Source: Auanema rhodensis
Taxonomy: Eukaryota > Animalia > Nematoda
NCBI GenBank assembly: GCA_964057225.1
Contig: OZ059897.1
Coordinates: forward strand, 7,626,001-7,690,000
Length of the DNA: 64,000 nt
Reading direction: 5' to 3'
The position numbers and the translations under genes are program-made. The notes under the pieces were generated by a model that made no database searches, was not told the DNA's origin, and was given only the letters and a program-made list of their open reading frames with translations. Of the stretch, positions 12,024 to 27,000 are shown in pieces. How positions within the stretch are numbered: the first letter of the stretch is position 1; every line of letters begins with the position of its first letter.

Positions 12024-15000
12024 CGTTCCGTTATGCTCTCACGTCGATCCTATAGACCAATAAAGCCTACAAGATGAGTGTGATAGTATTCCAGATGTAG
12101 CGGTAGATAAAGAGCATAATGGATAAACATAAGACTCGAGAAAGAAAGGTTTATTATGTCTACATGATTACAATAAGTTATATAAGTCTACATAAAGATA
12201 TAAAGTGAAAGAGAGCTAAGAAAGGAAGACCAACCATCCATAGTCATTCCATAAGGCAAAGCTGAAGTCTGTGTTCCATATGAAGGGCGTGTCGTCCTCT
12301 CTCAGCCTCATGTCGTCTGATTCTAACCCGCCTGCTACGTATTGATTTCCGAATGGAACGGGCAACGATATGTAGCCTCGTTAGCTCAGCTGGTAGAGCG
12401 TTAGACTTTTAATCTAACGGTCAGGGGTTCGAGCCCCCTACGGGGCTAATTTTTAACATTCTATCTGTTCCGAACATGTAAAACTTTATTTTCTTACCTT
12501 GTTTAAACTTTTATTCATTCCAGAATCTTGAATTTTTCTTCAAATATAGATCTTTTTGAATTAAATTTAGAAGTAAATATACTATTGTATGAGTAGGTAC
12601 TTCATTAATTTTATGAAGTTAGGAGGATGTGTAGCCTCGTTAGCTCAGCTGGTAGAGCGTTAGACTTTTAATCTAACGGTCAGGGGTTCGAGCCCCCTAC
12701 GGGGCTAATTTTTTACATTCTATCTGTCCCGAACATGTAAAACTTAATTTTCTTACCTTGTTTAAACTTTTATTCATTCCAGAATCTTGAATTTTTCTTC
12801 AAATATAGATCTTTTTGAATTAAATTTAGAAGTAAATATACTATTGTATGAGTAGGTACTTCATTAATTTTATGAAGTTAGGAGGATGTGTAGCCTCGTT
12901 AGCTCAGCTGGTAGAGCGTTAGACTTTTAATCTAACGGTCAGGGGTTCGAGCCCCCTACGGGGCTAATTTTTTACATTCTATCTGTCCCGAACATGTAAA
13001 ACTTTATTTTCTCACCTTGTTTGAACTTTTATTTATTCCAGAATCTTGAATTTTTTTTCAAATATAGATCTTTTTGAATTAAATTTAAAAGTAAATATAC
13101 TATTCTATGAGTAGGTACTTCATTAATTTTATGAAGTTAGGAGGATGTGTAGCCTCGTTAGCTCAGCTGGTAGAGCGTTAGACTTTTAATCTAACGGTCA
13201 GGGGTTCGAGCCCCCTACGGGGCTAATTTTTTACATTCTATCTGTCCCGAACATGTAAAACTTAATTTTCTTACCTTGTTTAAACTTTTATTCATTCCAG
13301 AATCTTGAATTTTTTTTCAAATATAGATCTTTTTGAATTAAATTTAAAAGTAAATATACTATTCTATGAGTAGGTACTTCATTAATTTTATGAAGTTAGG
13401 AGGATGTGTAGCCTCGTTAGCTCAGCTGGTAGAGCGTTAGACTTTTAATCTAACGGTCAGGGGTTCGAGCCCCCTACGGGGCTAATTTTTTACATTCTAT
13501 CTGTCCCGAACATGTAAAACTTAATTTTCTTACCTTGTTTAAACTTTTATTTATTCCAGAATCTTGAATTTTTCTTCAAATATAGATCTTTTTGAATTAA
13601 ATTTAGAAGTAAATATACTATTGTATGAGTAAGTACTTCATTATTTTTATGAAATGGTGACGATATGTAGCCTCGTTAGCTCAGCTGGTAGAGCGTTAGA
13701 CTTTTAATCTAACGGTCAGGGGTTCGAGCCCCCTACGGGGCTAATTTTTTACATTCTATCTGTCCCGAACATGTAAAACTTAATTTTCTTACCTTGTTTA
13801 AACTTTTATTTATTCCAGAATCTTGAATTTTTCTTCAAATATAGATCTTTTTGAATTAAATTTAGAAGTAAATATACTATTGTATGAGTAGGTACTTCAT
13901 TATTTTTATGAAATGGCGACGATATGTAGCCTCGTTAGCTCAGCTGGTAGAGCGTTAGACTTTTAATCTAACGGTCAGGGGTTCGAGCCCCCTACGGGGC
14001 TAATTTTTTACATTCTATCTGTCCCGAACATGTAAAACTTAATTTTCTTACCTTGTTTAAACTTTTATTTATTCCAGAATCTTGAATTTTTCTTCAAATA
14101 TAGATCTTTTTGAATTAAATTTAGAAGTAAATATACTATTGTATGAGTAGGTACTTCATTATTTTTATGAAATGGCGACGATATGTAGCCTCGTTAGCTC
14201 AGCTGGTAGAGCGTTAGACTTTTAATCTAACGGTCAGGGGTTCGAGCCCCCTACGGGGCTAATTTTTTACATTCTATCTGTCCCGAACATGTAAAACTTT
14301 ATTTTCTTACCTTGTTTGAACTTTCATTTATTCCAGAATCTTGAATTTTTCTTCAAATATAGATCTTTTTGAATTAAATTTAAAAGTAAATATACTATTC
14401 TATGAGTAGGTACTTCATTAATTTTATGAAGTTAGGAGGATGTGTAGCCTCGTTAGCTCAGCTGGTAGAGCGTTAGACTTTTAATCTAACGGTCAGGGGT
14501 TCGAGCCCCCTACGGGGCTAATTTTTTACATTCTATCTGTCCCGAACATGTAAAACTTAATTTTCTTACCTTGTTTAAACTTTTATTTATTCCAGAATCT
14601 TGAATTTTTCTTCAAATATAGATCTTTTTGAATTAAATTTAGAAGTAAATATACTATTCTATGAGTAAGTACTTCATTATTTTTATGAAATGGTGACGAT
14701 ATGTAGCCTCGTTAGCTCAGCTGGTAGAGCGTTAGACTTTTAATCTAACGGTCAGGGGTTCGAGCCCCCTACGGGGCTAATTTTTTACATTCTATCTGTC
14801 CCGAACATGTAAAACTTAATTTTCTTACCTTGTTTAAACTTTTATTTATTCCAGAATCTTGAATTTTTCTTCAAATATAGATCTTTTTGAATTAAATTTA
14901 GAAGTAAATATAATATTGTATGAGTAAGTACTTCATTATTTTTATGAAATGGCGACGATATGTAGCCTCGTTAGCTCAGCTGGTAGAGCGTTAGACTTTT

Positions 15001-18000
15001 AATCTAACGGTCAGGGGTTCGAGCCCCCTACGGGGCTAATTTTTAACATTCTATCTGTTCCGAACATGTAAAACTTTATTTTCTTACCTTGTTTAAACTT
15101 TTATTTATTCCAGAATCTTGAATTTTTCTTCAAATATAGATCTTTTTGAATTAAATTTAGAAGTAAATATACTATTGTATGAGTAGGTACTTCATTATTT
15201 TTATGAAGTTAGGAGGATGTGTAGCCTCGTTAGCTCAGCTGGTAGAGCGTTAGACTTTTAATCTAACGGTCAGGGGTTCGAGCCCCCTACGGGGCTAATT
15301 TTTTACATTCTATCTGTCCCGAACATGTAAAACTTAATTTTCTTACCTTGTTTAAACTTTTATTTATTCCAGAATCTTGAATTTTTCTTCAAATATAGAT
15401 CTTTTTGAATTAAATTTAGAAGTAAATATACTATTGTATGAGTAGGTACTTCATTATTTTTATGAAATGGCGACGATATGTAGCCTCGTTAGCTCAGCTG
15501 GTAGAGCGTTAGACTTTTAATCTAACGGTCAGGGGTTCGAGCCCCCTACGGGGCTAATTTTTAACATTCTATCTGTTCCGAACATGTAAAACTTTATTTT
15601 CTTACCTTGTTTAAACTTTTATTTATTCCAGAATCTTGAATTTTTCTTCAAATATAGATCTTTTTGAATTAAATTTAGAAGTAAATATACTATTGTATGA
15701 GTAGGTACTTCATTAATTTTATGAAGTTAGGAGGATGTGTAGCCTCGTTAGCTCAGCTGGTAGAGCGTTAGACTTTTAATCTAACGGTCAGGGGTTCGAG
15801 CCCCCTACGGGGCTAATTTTTTACATTCTATCTGTCCCGAACATGTAAAACTTAATTTTCTTACCTTGTTTAAACTTTTATTTATTCCAGAATCTTGAAT
15901 TTTTCTTCAAATATAGATCTTTTTGAATTAAATTTAGAAGTAAATATACTATTGTATGAGTAGGTACTTCATTATTTTTATGAAATGGCGACGATATGTA
16001 GCCTCGTTAGCTCAGCTGGTAGAGCGTTAGACTTTTAATCTAACGGTCAGGGTTCGAGCCCCCTACGGGGCTAATTTTTTACATTCTATCTGTCCCGAAC
16101 ATGTAAAACTTTATTTTCTTACCTTGTTTGAACTTTCATTTATTCCAGAGTCTTGAATTTTTCTTCAAATATAGATCTTTTTGAATTAAATTTAAAAGTA
16201 AATATACTATTCTATGAGTAGGTACTTCATTAATTTTATGAAGTTAGGATGATGTGTAGCCTCGTTAGCTCAGCTGGTAGAGCGTTAGACTTTTAATCTA
16301 ACGGTCAGGGGTTCGAGCCCCCTACGGGGCTAATTTTTTACATTCTATCTGTCCCGAACATGTAAAACTTAATTTTCTTACCTTGTTTAAACTTTTATTT
16401 ATTCCAGAATCTTGAATTTTTCTTCAAATATAGATCTTTTTGAATTAAATTTAGAAGTAAATATACTATTCTATGAGTAAGTACTTCATTATTTTTATGA
16501 AATGGTGACGATATGTAGCCTCGTTAGCTCAGCTGGTAGAGCGTTAGACTTTTAATCTAACGGTCAGGGGTTCGAGCCCCCTACGGGGCTAATTTTTTAC
16601 ATTCTATCTGTCCCGAACATGTAAAACTTAATTTTCTTACCTTGTTTAAACTTTTATTTATTCCAGAATCTTGAATTTTTCTTCAAATATAGATCTTTTT
16701 GAATTAAATTTAGAAGTAAATATAATATTGTATGAGTAAGTACTTCATTATTTTTATGAAATGGTGACGATATGTAGCCTCGTTAGCTCAGCTGGTAGAG
16801 CGTTAGACTTTTAATCTAACGGTCAGGGGTTCGAGCCCCCTACGGGGCTAATTTTTTACATTCTATCTGTCCCGAACATGTAAAACTTAATTTTCTTACC
16901 TTGTTTAAACTTTTATTTATTCCAGAATCTTGAATTTTTCTTCAAATATAGATCTTTTTGAATTAAATTTAGAAGTAAATATACTATTGTATGAGTAGGT
17001 ACTTCATTATTTTTATGAAATGGCGACGATATGTAGCCTCGTTAGCTCAGCTGGTAGAGCGTTAGACTTTTAATCTAACGGTCAGGGGTTCGAGCCCCCT
17101 ACGGGGCTAATTTTTAACATTCTATCTGTTCCGAACATGTAAAACTTTATTTTCTTACCTTGTTTAAACTTTTATTTATTCCAGAATCTTGAATTTTTCT
17201 TCAAATATAGATCTTTTTGAATTAAATTTAGAAGTAAATATACTATTGTATGAGTAGGTACTTCATTATTTTTATGAAGTTAGGAGGATGTGTAGCCTCG
17301 TTAGCTCAGCTGGTAGAGCGTTAGACTTTTAATCTAACGGTCAGGGGTTCGAGCCCCCTACGGGGCTAATTTTTTACATTCTATCTGTCCCGAACATGTA
17401 AAACTTTATTTTCTTACCTTGTTTGAACTTTCATTTATTCCAGAGTCTTGAATTTTTCTTCAAATATAGATCTTTTTGAATTAAATTTAAAAGTAAATAT
17501 ACTATTCTATGAGTAGGTACTTCATTAATTTTATGAAGTTAGGATGATGTGTAGCCTCGTTAGCTCAGCTGGTAGAGCGTTAGACTTTTAATCTAACGGT
17601 CAGGGGTTCGAGCCCCCTACGGGGCTAATTTTTTACATTCTATCTGTCCCGAACATGTAAAACTTAATTTTCTTACCTTGTTTAAACTTTTATTTATTCC
17701 AGAATCTTGAATTTTTCTTCAAATATAGATCTTTTTGAATTAAATTTAGAAGTAAATATACTATTCTATGAGTAAGTACTTCATTATTTTTATGAAATGG
17801 TGACGATATGTAGCCTCGTTAGCTCAGCTGGTAGAGCGTTAGACTTTTAATCTAACGGTCAGGGGTTCGAGCCCCCTACGGGGCTAATTTTTTACATTCT
17901 ATCTGTCCCGAACATGTAAAACTTAATTTTCTTACCTTGTTTAAACTTTTATTTATTCCAGAATCTTGAATTTTTCTTCAAATATAGATCTTTTTGAATT

Positions 18001-20555
18001 AAATTTAGAAGTAAATATAATATTGTATGAGTAAGTACTTCATTATTTTTATGAAATGGTGACGATATGTAGCCTCGTTAGCTCAGCTGGTAGAGCGTTA
18101 GACTTTTAATCTAACGGTCAGGGGTTCGAGCCCCCTACGGGGCTAATTTTTTACATTCTATCTGTCCCGAACATGTAAAACTTAATTTTCTTACCTTGTT
18201 TAAACTTTTATTTATTCCAGAATCTTGAATTTTTCTTCAAATATAGATCTTTTTGAATTAAATTTAGAAGTAAATATACTATTGTATGAGTAGGTACTTC
18301 ATTATTTTTATGAAATGGCGACGATATGTAGCCTCGTTAGCTCAGCTGGTAGAGCGTTAGACTTTTAATCTAACGGTCAGGGGTTCGAGCCCCCTACGGG
18401 GCTAATTTTTAACATTCTATCTGTTCCGAACATGTAAAACTTTATTTTCTTACCTTGTTTAAACTTTTATTTATTCCAGAATCTTGAATTTTTCTTCAAA
18501 TATAGATCTTTTTGAATTAAATTTAGAAGTAAATATACTATTGTATGAGTAGGTACTTCATTATTTTTATGAAGTTAGGAGGATGTGTAGCCTCGTTAGC
18601 TCAGCTGGTAGAGCGTTAGACTTTTAATCTAACGGTCAGGGGTTCGAGCCCCCTACGGGGCTAATTTTTTACATTCTATCTGTCCCGAACATGTAAAACT
18701 TTATTTTCTTACCTTGTTTGAACTTTCATTTATTCCAGAATCTTGAATTTTTCTTCAAATATAGATCTTTTTGAATTAAATTTAGAAGTAAATATACTAT
18801 TGTATGAGTAGGTACTTCATTATTTTTATGAAGTTAGGAGGATGTGTAGCCTCGTTAGCTCAGCTGGTAGAGCGTTAGACTTTTAATCTAACGGTCAGGG
18901 GTTCGAGCCCCCTACGGGGCTAATTTTTTACATTCTATCTGTCCCGAACATGTAAAACTTAATTTTCTTACCTTGTTTAAACTTTTATTCATTCCAGAAT
19001 CTTGAATTTTTTTTCAAATATAGATCTTTTTGAATTAAATTTAAAAGTAAATATACTATTCTATGAGTAGGTACTTCATTAATTTTATGAAGTTAGGAGG
19101 ATGTGTAGCCTCGTTAGCTCAGCTGGTAGAGCGTTAGACTTTTAATCTAACGGTCAGGGGTTCGAGCCCCCTACGGGGCTAATTTTTTACATTCTATCTG
19201 TCCCGAACATGTAAAACTTTATTTTCTTACCTTGTTTGAACTTTCATTTATTCCAGAATCTTGAATTTTTCTTCAAATATAGATCTTTTTGAATTAAATT
19301 TAGAAGTAAATATACTATTGTATGAGTAGGTACTTCATTATTTTTATGAAGTTAGGAGGATGTGTAGCCTCGTTAGCTCAGCTGGTAGAGCGTTAGACTT
19401 TTAATCTAACGGTCAGGGGTTCGAGCCCCCTACGGGGCTAATTTTTTACATTCTATCTGTCCCGAACATGTAAAACTTAATTTTCTTACCTTGTTTAAAC
19501 TTTTATTTATTCCAGAATCTTGAATTTTTCTTCAAATATAGATCTTTTTGAATTAAATTTAGAAGTAAATATAATATTGTATGAGTAAGTACTTCATTAT
19601 TTTTATGAAATGGTGACGATATGTAGCCTCGTTAGCTCAGCTGGTAGAGCGTTAGACTTTTAATCTAACGGTCAGGGGTTCGAGCCCCCTACGGGGCTAA
19701 TTTTTTACATTCTATCTGTCCCGAACATGTAAAACTTAATTTTCTTACCTTGTTTAAACTTTTATTTATTCCAGAATCTTGAATTTTTCTTCAAATATAG
19801 ATCTTTTTGAATTAAATTTAGAAGTAAATATACTATTGTATGAGTAAGTACTTCATTATTTTTATGAAATGGTGACGATATGTAGCCTCGTTAGCTCAGC
19901 TGGTAGAGCGTTAGACTTTTAATCTAACGGTCAGGGGTTCGAGCCCCCTACGGGGCTAATTTTTTACATTCTATCTGTCCCGAACATGTAAAACTTAATT
20001 TTCTTACCTTGTTTAAACTTTTATTTATTCCAGAATCTTGAATTTTTCTTCAAATATAGATCTTTTTGAATTAAATTTAGAAGTAAATATACTATTGTAT
20101 GAGTAGGTACTTCATTATTTTTATGAAATGGCGACGATATGTAGCCTCGTTAGCTCAGCTGGTAGAGCGTTAGACTTTTAATCTAACGGTCAGGGGTTCG
20201 AGCCCCCTACGGGGCTAATTTTTTACATTCTATCTGTCCCGAACATGTAAAACTTTATTTTCTTACCTTGTTTGAACTTTCATTTATTCCAGAATCTTGA
20301 ATTTTTCTTCAAATATAGATCTTTTTGAATTAAATTTAAAAGTAAATATACTATTCTATGAGTAGGTACTTCATTAATTTTATGAAGTTAGGAGGATGTG
20401 TAGCCTCGTTAGCTCAGCTGGTAGAGCGTTAGACTTTTAATCTAACGGTCAGGGGTTCGAGCCCCCTACGGGGCTAATTTTTTACATTCTATCTGTCCCG
20501 AGCAAGTAAAACTTAATTTTCTTACCTTGTTTAAACTTTTATTTATTCCAGAATC

Positions 20556-20590
20556 TCTAACGGTCAGGGGTTCGAGCCCCCTACGGGGCT
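20556..20590 (+). pseudogene. 3'-half tRNA-Lys created by a net 144-bp deletion
   Basis: Spacer ...CCAGAATC joined directly to TCTAACGGTCAGGGG...; A box and anticodon are lost, B box retained. Confidence 0.9.
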
Positions 20591-23500
20591 AATTTTTTAC
20601 ATTCTATCTGTCCCGAACATGTAAAACTTAATTTTCTTACCTTGTTTGAACTTTTATTTATTCCAGAATCATGAATTTTTCTTAAAATATACATTTTTTT
20701 GAATTGAATTTAGAAGTAAATATACTATTCTATGAGGAAGTACTTCATTATTTTTATGAAGTTAGGAGCATGTGTAGCCTCGTTAGCTCAGCTGGTAGAG
20801 CGTTAGACTTTTAATCTAACGGTCAGGGGTTCGAGCCCCCTACGGGGCTAATTTTTTACATTCTATCTGTCCCGAACATGTAAAACTTAATTTTCTTACC
20901 TTGTTTGAACTTTTATTTATTCCAGAATCATGAATTTTTCTTCAAATATACATCTTTTTGAATCAAATTTAGAAGTAAATATATTATTCTATGCGTAGGT
21001 ACTTCAATAATTTTATGAAGTTAGGAGCATGTGTAGCCTCGTTAGCTCAGCTGGTAGAGCGTTAGACTTTTAATCTAACGGTCAGGGGTTCGAGCCCCCT
21101 ACGGGGCTAATTTTTTACATTCTATCTGTCCCGAACATGTAAAACTTAATTTTCTTACCTTGTTTGAACTTTTATTTATTCCAGAATCATGAATTTTTCT
21201 TCAAATATACATCTTTTTGAATCAAATTTAGAAGTAAATATACTATTCTATGAGGAAGTACTTCATTATTTTTATGAAATGGTGCCGATATGTAGCCTCG
21301 TTAGCTCAGCTGGTAGAGCGTTAGACTTTTAATCTAACGGTCAGGGGTTCGAGCCCCCTACGGGGCTAATTTTTTACATTCTATCTGTCCCGAACATGTA
21401 AAACTTAATTTTCTTACCTTGTTTGAACTTTTATTTATTCCAGAATCTTGAATTTTTCTTAAAATATACATTTTTTTGAATTGAATTTAGAAGTAAATAT
21501 ACTATTCTATGAGGAAGTACTTCATTATTTTTATGAAGTTAGGAGCATGTGTGGCCTCGTTAGCTCAGCTGGTAGAGCGTTAGACTTTTAATCTAACGGT
21601 CAGGGGTTCGAGCCCCCTACGGGGCTAATTTTTTACATTCTATCTGTCCCGAACATGTAAAACTTAATTTTCTTACCTTGTTTGAACTTTTATTTATTCC
21701 AGAATCATGAATTTTTCTTCAAATATACATCTTTTTGAATCAAATTTAGAAGTAAATATACTATTCTATGCGAAGGTACTTCAATAATTTTATGAAGTTA
21801 GGAGCATGTGTAGCCTCGTTAGCTCAGCTGGTAGAGCGTTAGACTTTTAATCTAACGGTCAGGGGTTCGAGCACCCTACGGGGCTAATTTTTTACATTCT
21901 ATCTGTCCCGAACATGTAAAACTTAATTTTCTTACCTTGTTTGAACTTTTATTTATTCCAGAATCTTGAATTTTTCTTCAAATATAGATCTTTTTGAATT
22001 AAATTTAGAAGTAAATATACTATTCTATGAGGAAGTACTTCATTATTTTTATGAAATGGTGCCGATATGTAGCCTCGTTAGCTCAGCTGGTAGAGCGTTA
22101 GACTTTTAATCTAACGGTCAGGGGTTCGAGCCCCCTACGGGGCTAATTTTTTACATTCTATCTGTCCCGAACATGTAAAACTTAATTTTCTTACCTTGTT
22201 TGAACTTTTATTTATTCCAGAATCATGAATTTTTCTTAAAATATACATTTTTTTGAATTGAATTCAGAAGTAAATATACTATTCTATGAGGAAGTACTTC
22301 ATTATTTTTATGAAATGGTGCCGATATGTAGCCTCGTTAGCTCAGCTGGTAGAGCGTTAGACTTTTAATCTAACGGTCAGGGGTTCGAGCCCCCTACGGG
22401 GCTAATTTTTTACATTCTATCTGTCCCGAAAATGTAAAACTTAATTTTCTTACCTTGCTTGAACTTTTATTTATTCCAGAATCATGAATTTTTCTTCAAA
22501 TATACATCTTTTTGAATCAAATTTAGAAGTAAATATACTATTCTATGAGGAAGTACTTCATTATTTTTATGAAATGGTGCCGATATGTAGCCTCGTTAGC
22601 TCAGCTGGTAGAGCGTTAGACTTTTAATCTAACGGTCAGGGGTTCGAGCCCCCTACGGGGCTAATTTTTTACATTCTATCTGTCCCGAAAATGTAAAACT
22701 TAATTTTCTTACCTTGTTTGAACTTTTATTTATTCCAGAATCATGAATTTTTCTTAAAATATACATTTTTTTGAATTGAATTAGGAAGTAAATATACTAT
22801 TCTATGAGGAAGTACTTCATTATTTTTATGAAATGGTGCCGATATGTAGCCTCGTTAGCTCAGCTGGTAGAGCGTTAGACTTTTAATCTAACGGTCAGGG
22901 GTTCGAGCCCCCTACGGGGCTAATTTTTTACATTCTATCTGTCCCGAAAATGTAAAACTTAATTTTCTTACCTTGTTTGAACTTTTATTTATTCCAGAAT
23001 CATGAATTTTTCTTCAAATATACATCTTTTTGAATCAAATTTAGAAGTAAATATACTATTCTATGAGGAAGTACTTCATTATTTTTATGAAATGGTGCCG
23101 ATATGTAGCCTCGTTAGCTCAGCTGGTAGAGCGTTAGACTTTTAATCTAACGGTCAGGGGTTCGAGCCCCCTACGGGGCTAATTTTTTACATTCTATCTG
23201 TCCCGAAAATGTAAAACTTAATTTTCTTACCTTGTTTGAACTTTTATTTGTTCCAGAATCATGAATTTTTCTTAAAATATACATTTTTTTGAATTGGATT
23301 TAGAAGTAAATATACTATTCTATGAGGAAGTACTTCATTATTTTTATGAAGTTAGTAGGATGTGTAGCCTCGTTAGCTCAGCTGGTAGAGCGTTAGACTT
23401 TTAATCTAACGGTCAGGGGTTCGAGCCCCCTACGGGGCTGATTTTTTACATTCTATCTGTCCCGAACATGTAAAACTTAATTTTCTTACCTTGTTTGAAC

Positions 23501-24037
23501 TTTTATTCATTCCAGAATCATGAATTTTTCTTAAAATATACATTTTTTTGAATTGGATTTAGAAGTAAATATACTATTCTATGCGTAGGTACTTCAATAA
23601 TTTTATGAAGTTAGGAGCATGTGTAGCCTCGTTAGCTCAGCTGGTAGAGCGTTAGACTTTTAATCTAACGGTCAGGGGTTCGAGCCCCCTACGGGGCTAA
23701 TTTTTTACATTCTATCTGTCCCGAACATGTAAAACTTTATTTTCTTACCTTGTTTGAACTTTCATTTATTCCAGAATCTTGAATTTTTCTTCAAATATAG
23801 ATCTTTTTGAATTAAATTTAAAAGTAAATATACTATTCTATGAGTAGGTACTTCATTAATTTTATGAAGTTAGGAGGATGTGTAGCCTCGTTAGCTCAGC
23901 TGGTAGAGCGTTAGACTTTTAATCTAACGGTCAGGGGTTCGAGCCCCCTACGGGGCTAATTTTTTACATTCTATCTGTCCCGAGCAAGTAAAACTTAATT
24001 TTCTTACCTTGTTTAAACTTTTATTTATTCCAGAATC

Positions 24038-24072
24038 TCTAACGGTCAGGGGTTCGAGCCCCCTACGGGGCT
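24038..24072 (+). pseudogene. 3'-half tRNA-Lys (duplicate of the 20556 junction)
   Basis: Identical junction 3482 bp downstream. Confidence 0.9.
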
Positions 24073-27000
24073 AATTTTTTACATTCTATCTGTCCCGAAC
24101 ATGTAAAACTTAATTTTCTTACCTTGTTTGAACTTTTATTTATTCCAGAATCATGAATTTTTCTTAAAATATACATTTTTTTGAATTGAATTTAGAAGTA
24201 AATATACTATTCTATGAGGAAGTACTTCATTATTTTTATGAAGTTAGGAGCATGTGTAGCCTCGTTAGCTCAGCTGGTAGAGCGTTAGACTTTTAATCTA
24301 ACGGTCAGGGGTTCGAGCCCCCTACGGGGCTAATTTTTTACATTCTATCTGTCCCGAACATGTAAAACTTAATTTTCTTACCTTGTTTGAACTTTTATTT
24401 ATTCCAGAATCATGAATTTTTCTTCAAATATACATCTTTTTGAATCAAATTTAGAAGTAAATATATTATTCTATGCGTAGGTACTTCAATAATTTTATGA
24501 AGTTAGGAGCATGTGTAGCCTCGTTAGCTCAGCTGGTAGAGCGTTAGACTTTTAATCTAACGGTCAGGGGTTCGAGCCCCCTACGGGGCTAATTTTTTAC
24601 ATTCTATCTGTCCCGAACATGTAAAACTTAATTTTCTTACCTTGTTTGAACTTTTATTTATTCCAGAATCATGAATTTTTCTTCAAATATACATCTTTTT
24701 GAATCAAATTTAGAAGTAAATATACTATTCTATGAGGAAGTACTTCATTATTTTTATGAAATGGTGCCGATATGTAGCCTCGTTAGCTCAGCTGGTAGAG
24801 CGTTAGACTTTTAATCTAACGGTCAGGGGTTCGAGCCCCCTACGGGGCTAATTTTTTACATTCTATCTGTCCCGAACATGTAAAACTTAATTTTCTTACC
24901 TTGTTTGAACTTTTATTTATTCCAGAATCTTGAATTTTTCTTAAAATATACATTTTTTTGAATTGAATTTAGAAGTAAATATACTATTCTATGAGGAAGT
25001 ACTTCATTATTTTTATGAAGTTAGGAGCATGTGTGGCCTCGTTAGCTCAGCTGGTAGAGCGTTAGACTTTTAATCTAACGGTCAGGGGTTCGAGCCCCCT
25101 ACGGGGCTAATTTTTTACATTCTATCTGTCCCGAACATGTAAAACTTAATTTTCTTACCTTGTTTGAACTTTTATTTATTCCAGAATCATGAATTTTTCT
25201 TCAAATATACATCTTTTTGAATCAAATTTAGAAGTAAATATACTATTCTATGCGAAGGTACTTCAATAATTTTATGAAGTTAGGAGCATGTGTAGCCTCG
25301 TTAGCTCAGCTGGTAGAGCGTTAGACTTTTAATCTAACGGTCAGGGGTTCGAGCACCCTACGGGGCTAATTTTTTACATTCTATCTGTCCCGAACATGTA
25401 AAACTTAATTTTCTTACCTTGTTTGAACTTTTATTTATTCCAGAATCTTGAATTTTTCTTCAAATATAGATCTTTTTGAATTAAATTTAGAAGTAAATAT
25501 ACTATTCTATGAGGAAGTACTTCATTATTTTTATGAAATGGTGCCGATATGTAGCCTCGTTAGCTCAGCTGGTAGAGCGTTAGACTTTTAATCTAACGGT
25601 CAGGGGTTCGAGCCCCCTACGGGGCTAATTTTTTACATTCTATCTGTCCCGAACATGTAAAACTTAATTTTCTTACCTTGTTTGAACTTTTATTTATTCC
25701 AGAATCATGAATTTTTCTTAAAATATACATTTTTTTGAATTGAATTCAGAAGTAAATATACTATTCTATGAGGAAGTACTTCATTATTTTTATGAAATGG
25801 TGCCGATATGTAGCCTCGTTAGCTCAGCTGGTAGAGCGTTAGACTTTTAATCTAACGGTCAGGGGTTCGAGCCCCCTACGGGGCTAATTTTTTACATTCT
25901 ATCTGTCCCGAAAATGTAAAACTTAATTTTCTTACCTTGCTTGAACTTTTATTTATTCCAGAATCATGAATTTTTCTTCAAATATACATCTTTTTGAATC
26001 AAATTTAGAAGTAAATATACTATTCTATGAGGAAGTACTTCATTATTTTTATGAAATGGTGCCGATATGTAGCCTCGTTAGCTCAGCTGGTAGAGCGTTA
26101 GACTTTTAATCTAACGGTCAGGGGTTCGAGCCCCCTACGGGGCTAATTTTTTACATTCTATCTGTCCCGAAAATGTAAAACTTAATTTTCTTACCTTGTT
26201 TGAACTTTTATTTATTCCAGAATCATGAATTTTTCTTAAAATATACATTTTTTTGAATTGAATTAGGAAGTAAATATACTATTCTATGAGGAAGTACTTC
26301 ATTATTTTTATGAAATGGTGCCGATATGTAGCCTCGTTAGCTCAGCTGGTAGAGCGTTAGACTTTTAATCTAACGGTCAGGGGTTCGAGCCCCCTACGGG
26401 GCTAATTTTTTACATTCTATCTGTCCCGAAAATGTAAAACTTAATTTTCTTACCTTGTTTGAACTTTTATTTATTCCAGAATCATGAATTTTTCTTCAAA
26501 TATACATCTTTTTGAATCAAATTTAGAAGTAAATATACTATTCTATGAGGAAGTACTTCATTATTTTTATGAAATGGTGCCGATATGTAGCCTCGTTAGC
26601 TCAGCTGGTAGAGCGTTAGACTTTTAATCTAACGGTCAGGGGTTCGAGCCCCCTACGGGGCTAATTTTTTACATTCTATCTGTCCCGAAAATGTAAAACT
26701 TAATTTTCTTACCTTGTTTGAACTTTTATTTGTTCCAGAATCATGAATTTTTCTTAAAATATACATTTTTTTGAATTGGATTTAGAAGTAAATATACTAT
26801 TCTATGAGGAAGTACTTCATTATTTTTATGAAGTTAGTAGGATGTGTAGCCTCGTTAGCTCAGCTGGTAGAGCGTTAGACTTTTAATCTAACGGTCAGGG
26901 GTTCGAGCCCCCTACGGGGCTGATTTTTTACATTCTATCTGTCCCGAACATGTAAAACTTAATTTTCTTACCTTGTTTGAACTTTTATTCATTCCAGAAT

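Larger units (their letters stand above)
9048..12360 (-). mobile_element. Non-autonomous Gypsy-type LTR retrotransposon, family A copy 1 (3313 bp)
   Basis: 337-bp direct LTRs 9048-9384 and 12024-12360 (one mismatch seen), terminal IR CGTTCC...GGAACG, TSD GGCA (9044-9047 / 12361-12364), PBS adjacent to the 5' LTR, gag-like and integrase-tail remnants. Confidence 0.92.
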
